In this document: piece after piece, positions 9,960-21,820 of the stretch | Position numbering within the stretch: the first letter of the stretch is position 1 | Layout of the letters: the number at the start of each line of letters is the position of its first letter | Notes under the pieces: generated by a model | The model's input: the letters and a program-made list of their open reading frames with translations, nothing else | The model's database searches: none | Told to the model about the DNA's origin: nothing | Sequence record: SRR20825006_112 | Length of the DNA: 53,393 nt | Reading direction: 5' to 3' (one strand) | Position numbers and translations under genes: made by a program

Positions 9960-11165
9960 TTACAGCGCCAGCCCCGTACACCAGCCATTGGCCCAGGCCC
10001 ACTGGAAATTAAAGCCCCCCAGCTGCCCGGTTACATCCAGCACTTCGCCAATGAAATGCAGGCCCGGTACGGTTTTGACTTCAAAGGTTTTTGAGGAAAT
10101 CGCATCGGTGTCCACCCCGCCCAGGGTCACTTCCGCGGTGCGATAGCCTTCTGTGCCAGAGGGTTTGAACGCCCAGCCTTTCAACGTCGCGGCAACACTG
10201 GCCAGTCGTTCATTGCTGAACTGCTGGAGATTGCCTTGCCAGCCGAATTGCTCGGCCAGCGCAGCCGCCAGCCGCTGAGAGAAGTACTGGCGCAACCATC
10301 GTTCCAGGCCACGGTTGGGGTGTGCCCGGCGCTCCTCCACCAGTTGCTCGAACGGATCCGCCACCTGGGGCAGCCAGTCCACAGTCACCGGCTGGCCCGG
10401 CGTCCAGAAGCTGGAAACCTGCAACATGGCAGGTCCAGACAGGCCACGATGGGTTATCAACATGGGCTCGGCGAAGGACGCCGCTGAGGTTTGCGCCACC
10501 ACGTCCGTGCTGATACCTGACAGGGCTGCCAGCCAGGCCTTGTCATCAGGCTGCAGGGTAAACGGCACCAGGCCGGCACGGGTAGGCAGAACGTTTAACC
10601 CGAATTGTTCCGCCAGTTGGTAGCCAAAACCGGTAGCCCCCATGGTGGGAATCGACAAGCCGCCGCAGGCCACCACCAGCTTCCCACACTGGACGGTCCC
10701 CGCACTGGTACTCAGCGAAAAGCCCGACTCTGTTTGTCTGACGCGTCGAATACCGGTCTTCAGGCGGATCTCGGCTCCGGCCCACTCACATTCCGTCAGC
10801 AGCATGCCGAGAATGTCTTTGGCCGAATCCGCGCAGAACAGCTGCCCGGGCGCTTTTTCCACGTGCTCGATACCGTGACGCTCCACCAGCTCCACGAAAT
10901 GCCAAGGGGTATAACGCTTGAGAGCCGATTTGCAGAAATGCGGGTTGGCGGAGACAAAATGCTCCGGTGTGGTATTCAGGTTGGTGAAATTGCAACGTCC
11001 GCCACCGGACATGAGAATCTTCTTGCCGGCCTTGTTGGCATGGTCCAGCACCAGCACCCGATGGCCCTGGTAGGCCGCCGTGGCCGCACACATCAGCCCG
11101 GCTGCGCCGGCACCGATAACCACCACATCTACCTGGGTTGTGCCTGCCCCTGCTTTATCTGACAT
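9960..11165 (-). CDS. HI0933/YhiN (BaiN/RdsA-like) FAD-dependent oxidoreductase
   Basis: IGAGAAG, GKKILMSGGGRCNFTN, THRGLSGP, AEVTLGGV, GEVLDVTGQLGGFNFQWAW. Confidence 0.93.
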   Translation of the reverse strand: MSDKAGAGTTQVDVVVIGAGAAGLMCAATAAYQGHRVLVLDHANKAGKKILMSGGGRCNFTNLNTTPEHFVSANPHFCKSALKRYTPWHFVELVERHGIEHVEKAPGQLFCADSAKDILGMLLTECEWAGAEIRLKTGIRRVRQTESGFSLSTSAGTVQCGKLVVACGGLSIPTMGATGFGYQLAEQFGLNVLPTRAGLVPFTLQPDDKAWLAALSGISTDVVAQTSAASFAEPMLITHRGLSGPAMLQVSSFWTPGQPVTVDWLPQVADPFEQLVEERRAHPNRGLERWLRQYFSQRLAAALAEQFGWQGNLQQFSNERLASVAATLKGWAFKPSGTEGYRTAEVTLGGVDTDAISSKTFEVKTVPGLHFIGEVLDVTGQLGGFNFQWAWANGWCTGLAL

Positions 11166-11230
11166 GAAACCACCAGCCTGAATCCGGCCGGCAAGGATAA
11201 CGGGGATACACCGCTAGTGCCATCGGTGCC

Positions 11231-11254
11231 GCAGAGCTGCACCTGCAGCTCTGC
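11231..11254. repeat. Perfect 11-bp inverted repeat (GCAGAGCTGCA-CC-TGCAGCTCTGC)
   Basis: Seen directly. Lies between the end of the oxidase operon and the yhiN-like gene; function unknown. Confidence 0.5.
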
Positions 11255-11348
11255 CTAATGGGTTTAGCTGATTTGCTGTGATTGGACTGTATCTACCGAT
11301 CCGGGGGCCTGCCCGACCAAAACAGCGGGCCACCCCCGATCGATAAAG

Positions 11349-12335
11349 TCAGTGATGCCCGCCACTGGCAGCGATTTGCTCTCCGGGCAACCAGTCCACC
11401 ACGCCTTTTACAGCCACTGGTTTGCCGTCCACCGTGATCGGTAACGACCAGCTTGCCACTCGGGCACGCTGTCCCGCTTCAATCACGTCTGCCGGCGCTC
11501 GTAGCGCCCCGAAGGTCGCCCGAGGTTCTGTCCAGGTGTAGCGTGAACCGCCAGCCACTTTCACCCACCGGGGCTCTCCATTACTCCGGTTCGTGTTCAT
11601 GAAACTGCCGCCAGGGCCAATACGTAAATGGGGCATTCCCTGGGCATCAGCCACCACCACCGGCTTGCCGCTCTGATTGTGGATGTGCACCGCCGGCACG
11701 GTACCGGGAGAGAGGCCTACGGTAACCCCGGCAACGGGGGTAGCATCCGAGGTCAGACGCGAATGAAAGGAGCCTGGCGGCAAGGGTTCATAACGAAAAG
11801 CACCTGCCAGCGCTGACGCCTCGCCATCAAACCGCACCGGCACCGACCATTCAGCCAACCGCGCGGGCTTGCCGTCATGCTCTACCTGGTGGGGCACCTT
11901 GATGTCGTCGGTGCGCAGCCTGGGATCAAACCAGCCCCAGTGGGGTTTCTTGTGCACCAGCGCCCAGCGTGGCTCTGCATCCTGTGCCACCCCTTTCGGA
12001 AGCGGCACGCCACGGGCGGCAGTCTGGCTACGGTACCAGGCAGGGCTGGCCAGATCCGCCTGCACCCCCTGCTGGTTGATTCGCAGGAAGCTTCTCCCTT
12101 GTGCATCAAGAATGTCCAGCGTGTGGGCACTGTCGTTGGCAACCACAATCTGTGGCGCCACCGTGGTCTGCACCTGAGCATTGATACCTTTCAGCGTAGC
12201 CGGCAGCGAATCCATACGTGCTTTGACCGCCTTCGCCTCCGGCCCATGAGCCAGAAGCAAAGCCGGAACCGTCACCAGCACAGCGCCTAGCGAGCGGGCC
12301 AACGCACGCGAAGGATTAAACGAAAATAAAGACAT
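11349..12335 (-). CDS. Secreted hypothetical protein with two tandem homologous domains; predicted mature N-terminal His
   Basis: RBS AAGGAG overlaps the oxidase stop codon. Signal peptide ends ALLLA/HG. Duplicated motifs DAQG.(F/H)LRI...G, EPRW, W(F/T)(D/E)PR, WS(V/L)P...DG. Confidence 0.75.
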   Translation of the reverse strand: MSLFSFNPSRALARSLGAVLVTVPALLLAHGPEAKAVKARMDSLPATLKGINAQVQTTVAPQIVVANDSAHTLDILDAQGRSFLRINQQGVQADLASPAWYRSQTAARGVPLPKGVAQDAEPRWALVHKKPHWGWFDPRLRTDDIKVPHQVEHDGKPARLAEWSVPVRFDGEASALAGAFRYEPLPPGSFHSRLTSDATPVAGVTVGLSPGTVPAVHIHNQSGKPVVVADAQGMPHLRIGPGGSFMNTNRSNGEPRWVKVAGGSRYTWTEPRATFGALRAPADVIEAGQRARVASWSLPITVDGKPVAVKGVVDWLPGEQIAASGGHH

Positions 12336-12347
12336 CCTCATCACTCC

Positions 12348-14819
12348 TTAGCGTTGAGCCATCAAACCCGGGCTTTCCTCAGGCAACATCACCTGTACCG
12401 GCGCAGAGACGGACGGCACCACCATGTTGGAGCCATCGCTGGCGATACGGTTAACAAACAACATGTAATGACCAGCCGGAAGTACCGCAGCATTTTCCGG
12501 AATTTGTACGCTCACATTGCCGCCACTAACGGTATGCGGGAGCACCACGTTGCGCTGATCCCCATCAACCAGATGCGTCAGACTGGTACGGCGCACCAAC
12601 ATCACTTCATTGATTGCAGCCGCATCATCCACGGCGATGTCGATGGAGTCACCATGATCCACTTCACTAGGGGCCTGCTGGATTTCGGGGCGATCCTTGA
12701 ACACATACGGCGGGCTATATATTTCGAAGGACGGATCACGGCCATCATTCGGAGACAGCCCCAGCTCTTCCAGGTTAAGGCTGAATAAGTAAGCGGTGTT
12801 AATTGGCGCGTGCCCACCGATCAACAGACGGCCATCAGGGAGCAGTAACGCGGTATTGTGATAGGTTCGGGGATTCAATGAGGTCGCCATTTCCGTCCAC
12901 TCGCGGGTTTGCGGATCATACCGCTCGGTGGTTTGTACAGGCGTCGCCGACCCCGGTAGCACGACCTCATCCCTGTTGGCGCCGTTAAATGCCATCACCG
13001 AACCATCAGGCAGCAATACCCCGGTGGAAAACCAGCGTGGACCATTCAGATTACCAACAATCTCTGAGGAGTAACGCATTCCTGTTTCGGTATCGGCATC
13101 CACATTCACGGTGTCCAGACGGCTATTGGGGACGGCCAGGTAACTGCCCGGGCTGGAGGCGGCTACTGCGCCGAGCACGCCACCGGCAGTCAGGAATTGT
13201 GCTTCGCTGTAGGCGCCGCTTTCATCCTGGCGCAGCGGCATCATGATAGAGAAGCTTGAACCACGGAAACCTGCGCCGATTAAACGGTTGGCCACCTGCG
13301 GGTCCGCAATATCGCCAAGCAGGTTCTCGACCTGCTCCAGACTGCTAAGCGGGTCACCCAGCAAGTTGGTGAGCAGCCCCTCTCCTGTCCCGATTAAGTC
13401 CTCTACCAGATTCGGGCTGGTAAGAGTCAGTGCAGAGGTAATGCGCTCCAGACCGAGTTCATCGAGCTGCACATTCAAGCCCGCGTAGCCAAGATCAGTC
13501 CAGAGCTGCTCTTGCGGATCATAAACCGATACGAAGTTCCACTGGGCCTGATTGTATGACTGGCCAAAAGGATTAAAAGCCTGCCCGGCAGCGTTATAGA
13601 ACACCTTGCCGTTAGGCAGTAGATGCAGGCGGGGATACAACGGCAACGCTTTACCCGCGGTGCTGTCCAGTCCCTCAAGCGGCCGGTCCCCATTCTCGGA
13701 CCAGGTCCCCGCTTCCAGATCATAGGTTTCGCTGGTGCGCACATTATCGGCAGACTGCAGCAATTCACGTAGCCCTTCGCTTTCTCCACCCAGCAAAGCA
13801 CCGGTATAAACTGGCTTGAGTAGCTTGGTCACCCCGCTTGCCACGAAAACATCGCCATCGGGCAAGGTCACCATGCTGGGGTACCAGCGGCCATGGTTCA
13901 TGTGACCGGTCTGGGTCCAGCTGTTATCCTCGGGATTGAAAATACGAGCGTCTTTGAGGCCTTCCAGCTCCACGACGCCAATATCGTCGGGCACGCTGAT
14001 TTCACCGAAATTACTGGGCAAAGGAATTTCGGTATCAATGGAGCCCAGCACATCTCGGGCTTGGGGAAAGACCGACCCAAGCGATGGTTCAGTGTAATAA
14101 TCCGTGCCGCCCACTGCCATGATTCGACCATCCGCCAGCTGGATAACATCGGCACAGAATAGAGCGCCGTCATTGCCTTCTGTGCTCTCCGCGTCGCTCA
14201 ATTCACCGCCCGGCAACAACGTATCACTGTCGTTTCCGTCCACATTGGCACCACCACGTACAGGCGAGGGCCGTTGCCAGGAGATTTCATCGTTGGCACC
14301 GGCGGGGCCGAAATTGAGTACTCGCGTTTGATCATTAACCGCGACGAAACCAAATTCTGCAACGATAGAGAATTCAACGTTCTCTGTACCTTCCAGAGCA
14401 TTGAAATAAACCAAACGGTTATCCGGTAACAAGGCGATGGACCCGGCGGCAGGCTTGCAGCGCAACGAACCTTCCGCGTCTTCCAGGCATTTATCCTCGG
14501 TGGTAACCACCTTCAAATTCTCGCCAGTACTGGAATCGCTGTAGCGAATGGTCGGTTCAGCAAACGGGCCATCAAACTTGCCTAACTGGCACTCATCACC
14601 CTCACAGCTATATTCGCGGCCAGCGAAAGATGCCCTCGTAGGCGCTGGAGCCGGAGCCATAGGATCATCTGCACTGGGTGTCTCTTCATCTGGGGAAGGC
14701 GAGCCACCACCACCCGTGTTTGCGGTAGGGCTCGCGCTGCCAGAACTGCTGCCACCGCCACAGGCGAGCAACGCCGCGGTCAGCAAACCCAGCCCTATCA
14801 GGCGCTCTAGGTTCTTCAT
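12348..14819 (-). CDS. Lipoprotein copper-radical oxidase (galactose/glyoxal oxidase, GlxA-like; Kelch propeller plus C-terminal DUF1929 Ig-like domain)
   Basis: Lipobox LLAC; LFCAD (Cys), GRWYPS (Tyr), RTYHNTALLLPDGR (Tyr, His), THLVDGDQR (His); EIYSPPY and PAGHYMLF. Start at ATG 14819 after GGAG. Confidence 0.9.
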   Translation of the reverse strand: MKNLERLIGLGLLTAALLACGGGSSSGSASPTANTGGGGSPSPDEETPSADDPMAPAPAPTRASFAGREYSCEGDECQLGKFDGPFAEPTIRYSDSSTGENLKVVTTEDKCLEDAEGSLRCKPAAGSIALLPDNRLVYFNALEGTENVEFSIVAEFGFVAVNDQTRVLNFGPAGANDEISWQRPSPVRGGANVDGNDSDTLLPGGELSDAESTEGNDGALFCADVIQLADGRIMAVGGTDYYTEPSLGSVFPQARDVLGSIDTEIPLPSNFGEISVPDDIGVVELEGLKDARIFNPEDNSWTQTGHMNHGRWYPSMVTLPDGDVFVASGVTKLLKPVYTGALLGGESEGLRELLQSADNVRTSETYDLEAGTWSENGDRPLEGLDSTAGKALPLYPRLHLLPNGKVFYNAAGQAFNPFGQSYNQAQWNFVSVYDPQEQLWTDLGYAGLNVQLDELGLERITSALTLTSPNLVEDLIGTGEGLLTNLLGDPLSSLEQVENLLGDIADPQVANRLIGAGFRGSSFSIMMPLRQDESGAYSEAQFLTAGGVLGAVAASSPGSYLAVPNSRLDTVNVDADTETGMRYSSEIVGNLNGPRWFSTGVLLPDGSVMAFNGANRDEVVLPGSATPVQTTERYDPQTREWTEMATSLNPRTYHNTALLLPDGRLLIGGHAPINTAYLFSLNLEELGLSPNDGRDPSFEIYSPPYVFKDRPEIQQAPSEVDHGDSIDIAVDDAAAINEVMLVRRTSLTHLVDGDQRNVVLPHTVSGGNVSVQIPENAAVLPAGHYMLFVNRIASDGSNMVVPSVSAPVQVMLPEESPGLMAQR

Positions 14820-15293
14820 TAGTCTTTCTCCCGAGGAATTGTTATTTAAAATCGACATAACGAGTCACGCTGTATACATCGCATGACGCGATTGTGCGCT
14901 CGCAGAAAGAGGACCGTCATGAAGGGAGTTCCCGGTCTTACTACACGACGACAGTTATTCACCGCCGCGCCATCGGGCTTAACAAAAAAGCTGTCAAGAT
15001 TTCACGCGCTACTGACACATGAAGGAGAAGTGAAGCGTTAGAAAGTAAAATAAGGAATTTAAAGAGACTATAGTGCTAACAATGCAGACACACTGCAAAG
15101 CCGCTTAATAACGACGCAATCCTCCCGGCAATGCCACGGGCTGTAGCAACGCAATGAGGCGAACAAAAGGGAAGTCGTGCAGAAAAATATTCCGCGGAAG
15201 ACATTAGCTTAATGAACGGCGACATTCGCCGCCAGGCACATGGCTTGTCTTCCCGGAATCCGGCCTGCGTTATTCAGTAACGCCAGCCATCGA

Positions 15294-15572
15294 TTACTGA
15301 ATAACGGAGATTTCGGCGGTGGTGCCGTAATGTTCGCTGGTTGCCTTGATCGCGGCAGCGCCATTGGCCACCTGAATGTCGTTGCGGTAGCGGCCGCTGC
15401 TCATGACCTGCTCGCCTGGCACTATGCGGGTGCCCTGTGGCGCATCATTCTGCACGATAGGAAGTTGTTCCTGCCGCTCACTGCTGCTGATGTCATCTTC
15501 TTCAAAATAACAACCACTGAGCAATGTGGCACCGCAGAGCATGACTGCAAGGTATTTCATGGTGCTCTTCAT
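15294..15572 (-). CDS. Small lipoprotein of unknown function
   Basis: MKSTMKYLAVMLCGATLLSGC lipobox, purine-rich RBS, 92 aa. Confidence 0.7.
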   Translation of the reverse strand: MKSTMKYLAVMLCGATLLSGCYFEEDDISSSERQEQLPIVQNDAPQGTRIVPGEQVMSSGRYRNDIQVANGAAAIKATSEHYGTTAEISVIQ

Positions 15573-15711
15573 GGTGTTCCCCCAATAGTCCGCCTGAAGG
15601 CGGAAGCTGCCCGTGTACGGGCTTATGGTGCAGTTATACCCTGCCCGCCCCTGACAGTACAGCGCTCAGCAGCGGGATTAGTGCCACTGAGCACCATACT
15701 GCCGGGCCGTG

Positions 15712-16680
15712 TTACTGGCCGAGCTCTTGCTCAGTGAAGGTATCGGCAAACAAGGGGGAGCTGAGGTAACGCTCCCCGGAATCCGGCAGCACCACCACAA
15801 TGGTCTTGCCGGCGAATTCTGGCTCCTGGCTGAGACGATCCGCTACACACATGGCCGCCCCGCAGGAAATACCGGCCAGAATGCCTTCTTCCTGCATCAA
15901 CTTGTGGGCCCACTCCATGGCCTCTTCGTTGCTGACCTGCTCAGCCCGGTCCACCACTGACATATCCAGGTTCTTCGGTACAAAACCGGCACCAATGCCC
16001 TGAATCTTGTGGGGGCCATGGGTCGGCTCTTCGCCCTTCAGCGCCGCCGAAATCATGGTCGAGGAATCGGGCTCTACGGCCACGGCGGTAATCGCCTTGC
16101 CCTGAGTGTTTTTGATGTAACGGGCCACGCCGGTAATGGTGCCACCAGTGCCAACCCCGCTCACCAGTACATCGATATCCCCGCCGGTGGCGTCCCAGAT
16201 TTCCGGGCCCGTGGTCTTCTCGTGGATCGCCGGGTTAGCCGGGTTATTGAACTGTTGCAGCATCAGGTGGCTGTCCGGGTTTTCCTGCACCAGCTCTTCT
16301 GCCTTGGCGATAGCACCGGGCATGCCTTTCGGGCCGGGCGTCAGCACCAGTTTGGCTCCCAGCGCCTTGAGGATCTTGCGGCGCTCCAGACTCATGGAGT
16401 CCGGCATGGTCAGGACCAGATCATAGCCCCGGGCGGCCGCCACATAGGCCAACGCAATGCCGGTGTTACCACTGGTGGGTTCCACCAGCGTCATGCCTGG
16501 CTTCAGTTTGCCGCTCTTCTCTGCGTCCCAGATCATGGACGCGCCGATCCGGCACTTCACACTGCCCGCCGGGTTACGGGATTCGATCTTGGCGAGAATA
16601 TTGCCCTGACTGATGCGGTTGATCTTCACCAGGGGGGTATTACCGATGGTTTCACTATTGTCTTGGTAAATGCCGGTCAT
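15712..16680 (-). CDS. cysK: Cysteine synthase A
   Basis: [18 protein letters not shown] (PLP lysine), [31 protein letters not shown]. Confidence 0.97.
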   Translation of the reverse strand: MTGIYQDNSETIGNTPLVKINRISQGNILAKIESRNPAGSVKCRIGASMIWDAEKSGKLKPGMTLVEPTSGNTGIALAYVAAARGYDLVLTMPDSMSLERRKILKALGAKLVLTPGPKGMPGAIAKAEELVQENPDSHLMLQQFNNPANPAIHEKTTGPEIWDATGGDIDVLVSGVGTGGTITGVARYIKNTQGKAITAVAVEPDSSTMISAALKGEEPTHGPHKIQGIGAGFVPKNLDMSVVDRAEQVSNEEAMEWAHKLMQEEGILAGISCGAAMCVADRLSQEPEFAGKTIVVVLPDSGERYLSSPLFADTFTEQELGQ

Positions 16681-16719
16681 AATGCTCTCCTCCATTCTCG
16701 GCGCGCGTTGCGCAATGCC

Positions 16720-17745
16720 TTACTGTGGTTTGTCCTGCTTTTTCAGCCGCCGGTTCCAGCGTTGGCGCGCATACAGGCGCAGGTCGGCCACGTTATCGGT
16801 TTCATCCATGATTTCACGGCCCAGGATGCTTTCCAGAATATCTTCCAGGGTGATCAGGCCCACCCAGGTGCCGTGGTCATCATAAACCACTGCCATATGC
16901 TGACGTTGGGTCAACATGGCGCTAAACAAGTCTTCGATATTGAGCGTGGTATGCACCATGGACACCTCGCGGGCCAACGCCTGCATGGTCTGGTCCGGGC
17001 CACTATCCAGCAAATCGGATTTATGGATATAGCCTTTTGCTTCACCACTGGCGCTCATCACCGGGTAACGGGAAAACGGCTGCCCCTTCTCCCGCTCCTT
17101 GAATGCACTCACGGTCAGGCCCGGCTCGACCACCCGACAGACCGTGCTCGGGGTCATAATGGTGCCGACCCGGATATCATGCAGGCGCAAAATGTTGTGA
17201 ATCACCCGGTGTTCGTCGTCATCCAGCGCGCCCTGGTCTTCTCCCATGTCTGCCAACGCGCGGATTTCCGCCCGCACATCCACATCATGTTCGTTGCCAC
17301 CGATACGGCTGGTTATCAGCTTGGACAGCCACACAAACGGCAGCAGCGACACCATGATGACCTTGAGCGTGGGCGGCAGCATCGGTGCCAGTGAACGCCA
17401 GTATTTCGCGCCGATGGTTTTGGGGATGATTTCGGAGAACACCAGAATCGCCAGCGTCATAATGCCTGACGCCGCGCCCAGCCAGGCCTCACCAAACACC
17501 ACCGCCACCTGGGCGCCGACACCGGTGGCGCCGACCGTATGCGCCACGGTGTTCAAGGTCAGAATCGCCGACAGGGGCTTGTCGATATCATCCTTGAACG
17601 CGCGCAGGCTCGTATACAGCTTCGGGTTACTGTCGCGCAGGCCGGCAATAAAGCTGGGGGTAATGGACAGCAGCGCCGCTTCCAGCACGGAGCACACAAA
17701 AGAAAAGCCAATGGAAATGGTGGCGAATATAATCAGCAACGTCAC
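16720..17745 (-). CDS. CNNM/DUF21 plus CBS-pair membrane protein (CorB/hemolysin-like)
   Basis: CSVLEAALLS, ILTLNTVAHTVGA, FSEIIPKT, FSRYPV, GLITLEDILE. Confidence 0.92.
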   Translation of the reverse strand: MTLLIIFATISIGFSFVCSVLEAALLSITPSFIAGLRDSNPKLYTSLRAFKDDIDKPLSAILTLNTVAHTVGATGVGAQVAVVFGEAWLGAASGIMTLAILVFSEIIPKTIGAKYWRSLAPMLPPTLKVIMVSLLPFVWLSKLITSRIGGNEHDVDVRAEIRALADMGEDQGALDDDEHRVIHNILRLHDIRVGTIMTPSTVCRVVEPGLTVSAFKEREKGQPFSRYPVMSASGEAKGYIHKSDLLDSGPDQTMQALAREVSMVHTTLNIEDLFSAMLTQRQHMAVVYDDHGTWVGLITLEDILESILGREIMDETDNVADLRLYARQRWNRRLKKQDKPQ

Positions 17746-17802
17746 CGATGCATGCTCCTTATGCCAGCAAGCAACCTGACAAACCGGTTGCCTGAGTAGG
17801 GG

Positions 17803-19104
<1,302 letters not shown>

Positions 19105-19118
<14 letters not shown>

Positions 19119-20262
19119 GCTGTGCGTCCTCCGGATTGTTGTCTTCCAGGCCCGTTGCCGGGGCATCATCATTCTGGCTGACCAGGTGCAAGGTGCGCGT
19201 GGGGAACGCAAACTCGGCACCGTGCTCATGGACGATACTCATGATCTTCATGAGTACGTCCTGCTTGATTTCATGGTACTGCACCCATTGGGTGGTTTTG
19301 GTGAACGTATAGATAAAGAATTCCAGGTGTGAGGCTCCGTAGCTATCGAAGTTCACGATCAGGGTACGGTTTTCCGTTTCCAGGTCTTCATGCTCAATCA
19401 GCATGGCACGCACGTCGGCCACAATGCCGGGCATCTTTTGCCAGTCATCATAGCGAATGCCGATTTTTTCATTGATACGACGGTTGTACATCCGCGACGG
19501 GTTTTCCAGAACGATGGAGGTAAACATGGCATTGGGAATATACAGCGGGCGCTGATCGAAAGTACGAATGCGGGTCAGGCGCCAGCCGATATCTTCCACA
19601 CTGCCTTCAATAGAGCGATCCGGAGAACGCACCCAATCCCCGACCCGGAACGGTTTGTCCAGATATACCATCATGCCGCCAAAGAAATTGGCCAGCAGAT
19701 CCTTGGCCGCAAAGGCCACCGCCATGCCACCAATGCCGCCAAAGGCCAGCACCCCGGAAATGCTATAGCCCAGTGTCTGCAAAATGATCAGCAATGACGT
19801 AATAATCACCGAGACCCGCAGCAGTTTCGCAACCGCAGCAGCCGTGGACCGATCCATCGGCTTGCGCATGCGGCCCGGATCAATCAGGTTTTTTTCCGTA
19901 TAGGAAACAAACCGGTTCAGGAACATGGCGATGATGATAATAAAGGCGATACGACGCGCCTGGGGTACTAACTCAAACAGGGCGTTTTTCTCGGTGGACA
20001 CCGCCTGCAGCAGCTCCATGGACACGGACAAGCCGATCACCCAGAACACCAGACGAACCGGGATACGCGCCGCTTCCAGCAAGGCGTCATCCCACAGGGT
20101 GTCAGTTTTACCAATCAACCGCTCTGCCACATCGATACTGCGCATCAGAATAAAGTTGACGGACACCGTGCACAGTACAATGACAAACAGCTGCGTCAGC
20201 CAGATATCCATTGGCGTCTGATCCGTGGGCCACTGCAGCAATTGATTCCAGTCCCAATTCAT
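19105..20262 (-). CDS. Small-conductance mechanosensitive channel (MscS family, YnaI-like)
   Basis: GGIGGMAVAFAAKDLLANFFGG, PFRVGDW, GSVEDIGWRLT, IPN, EFAFPT. Confidence 0.93.
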
Positions 20263-20303
20263 TAATCTTTTCCTTCGCTTTTACTATTCAGTGAAAATCG
20301 GTT

Positions 20304-21350
20304 TTATACCGCAACCTGCTCGCGCAGTGCAGCGGCCAACTCAGTGGCAATGGCCCGGCGCTCCGGCACCATGGGCAAGCGTGGCCGGGCACGCAGCCCT
20401 GCCGCCGGCACCTGGCCCTGAAACCGGTTAGCCTGCAGGAAATCCAGTACCTGCTCGGCCCCTTCCCGGCAATTGCAGGCCAGCACCATGTCACAACCGG
20501 CCTCCAGTGCCGCCTGCGCCCGTTGCGGATAACCGCCCACACCGTGGGCACCCGCCATGGACAAATCATCAGAAAAAATCACACCGCGGAAGCCCAGTCG
20601 CTCACGTAACTGCGTCTGCAACCAGAAGCGAGAGAACCCGGCTGTCTGCTGCTCCACCGCACTGTAAATCACATGGGCGGGCATGATGCCGTCCAGCTTC
20701 GCCGCCAACGCCATGAAGGGGCGCATGTCTGCCGCCTCCAGCTCAGCCAGCGGGCGCGGGTCTACCGGTAATTCAAGGTGCGAGTCGGCAACCACATGGC
20801 CATGGCCCGGAAAATGCTTGCCCGTGGCCGCCATGCCCGCGGCGCTCATGCCATCGATAAAGGCGCCAGCCAGGGCGATCATGGCATCTGCCTCACCATG
20901 GAAGCTACGATCACCAATCACCGAGCTATTGCCGTAGTCCAGATCCAGCACCGGCGCGAAACTGATATCGATATCCAGCTCGGTCAGCTCCGATGCCATC
21001 AGCTCCCCCAGCAGCGCCGCTTCACGAACCGCCTCTGTGGGAGACTGGTCATAACGCTGCCCCAGCGCGGCCATGGGCGGCAGGCGGACAAAGCCGTCGC
21101 GAAAGCGCTGCACTCGCCCACCTTCCTGGTCCACCGCGATCAACATGTCCGGGCGTACGGCCCGCACCTGGCGCACCAGTTCAGCCAGCTGTTCGCGATT
21201 GGCATAATTACGGGTAAACAGAATCAGACCACCGGCACCGGGGTGTGCCAGCATGTCTTTTTCCGAGGCGCTGACCTCGAGCCCTTCCAGGTCGAGCATT
21301 AATAACGGGGAGGCGGATGCAGACATGGCAACCTTGTAGGCAGAAGACAT
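20304..21350 (-). CDS. nagZ: Beta-N-acetylhexosaminidase NagZ (GH3)
   Basis: ILFTRN, VDQEGGRVQR, KHFPGHG...DSH, SDDLSM. The start could instead be ATG 21326. Confidence 0.96.
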   Translation of the reverse strand: MSSAYKVAMSASASPLLMLDLEGLEVSASEKDMLAHPGAGGLILFTRNYANREQLAELVRQVRAVRPDMLIAVDQEGGRVQRFRDGFVRLPPMAALGQRYDQSPTEAVREAALLGELMASELTELDIDISFAPVLDLDYGNSSVIGDRSFHGEADAMIALAGAFIDGMSAAGMAATGKHFPGHGHVVADSHLELPVDPRPLAELEAADMRPFMALAAKLDGIMPAHVIYSAVEQQTAGFSRFWLQTQLRERLGFRGVIFSDDLSMAGAHGVGGYPQRAQAALEAGCDMVLACNCREGAEQVLDFLQANRFQGQVPAAGLRARPRLPMVPERRAIATELAAALREQVAV

Positions 21351-21820
21351 TAATCGGTGATCGTCACCCGGGTGCCTACTGGCACCTGGTCAAACACACG
21401 AATCACCGCATCGTTTCGCATCCGGATACAGCCATGGGAGGCCGGTCTGCCCATGGGCTCACTGTCCGGTGTGCCGTGAATATAAATAAAGCGCCGAAAA
21501 CTATCCACGTCGCCGCCCAGATTCCGGCCCGGTTCCAGGCCACCAAGCCAGAGAATGCGACTCAGCACCCAGTCACGCTCGGGAAAACGGGCGCCCAGCT
21601 CGGCGTCGAACACTTCACCGGAAAACTTGCGGCCCAGCAATACCGCCCCAGACGGTAACCCGGCACCAAAGCGGGCCCGAACCACATGGTCACCACGGGG
21701 GGTAGCACCACTACCCATGGCTTCGCCAGCACCGTTAGCAGCTGAAGAGATCGCAAAACGCTCGGTCCGCGTGCCACGCAGCTCCAGCCATTGCTCAGAC
21801 AAGTTGATAATCAGTTCCAT
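21350..21820 (-). CDS. L,D-transpeptidase (YkuD domain)
   Basis: TPRG, IYIHGT, SHGCIRM catalytic motif. Confidence 0.9.
   Translation of the reverse strand: MELIINLSEQWLELRGTRTERFAISSAANGAGEAMGSGATPRGDHVVRARFGAGLPSGAVLLGRKFSGEVFDAELGARFPERDWVLSRILWLGGLEPGRNLGGDVDSFRRFIYIHGTPDSEPMGRPASHGCIRMRNDAVIRVFDQVPVGTRVTITD

Noticed and set aside
16009-17394. 461-aa plus-strand ORF
   Set aside because: Antisense shadow of cysK and the CNNM gene; no motifs; typical of GC-rich codon bias.
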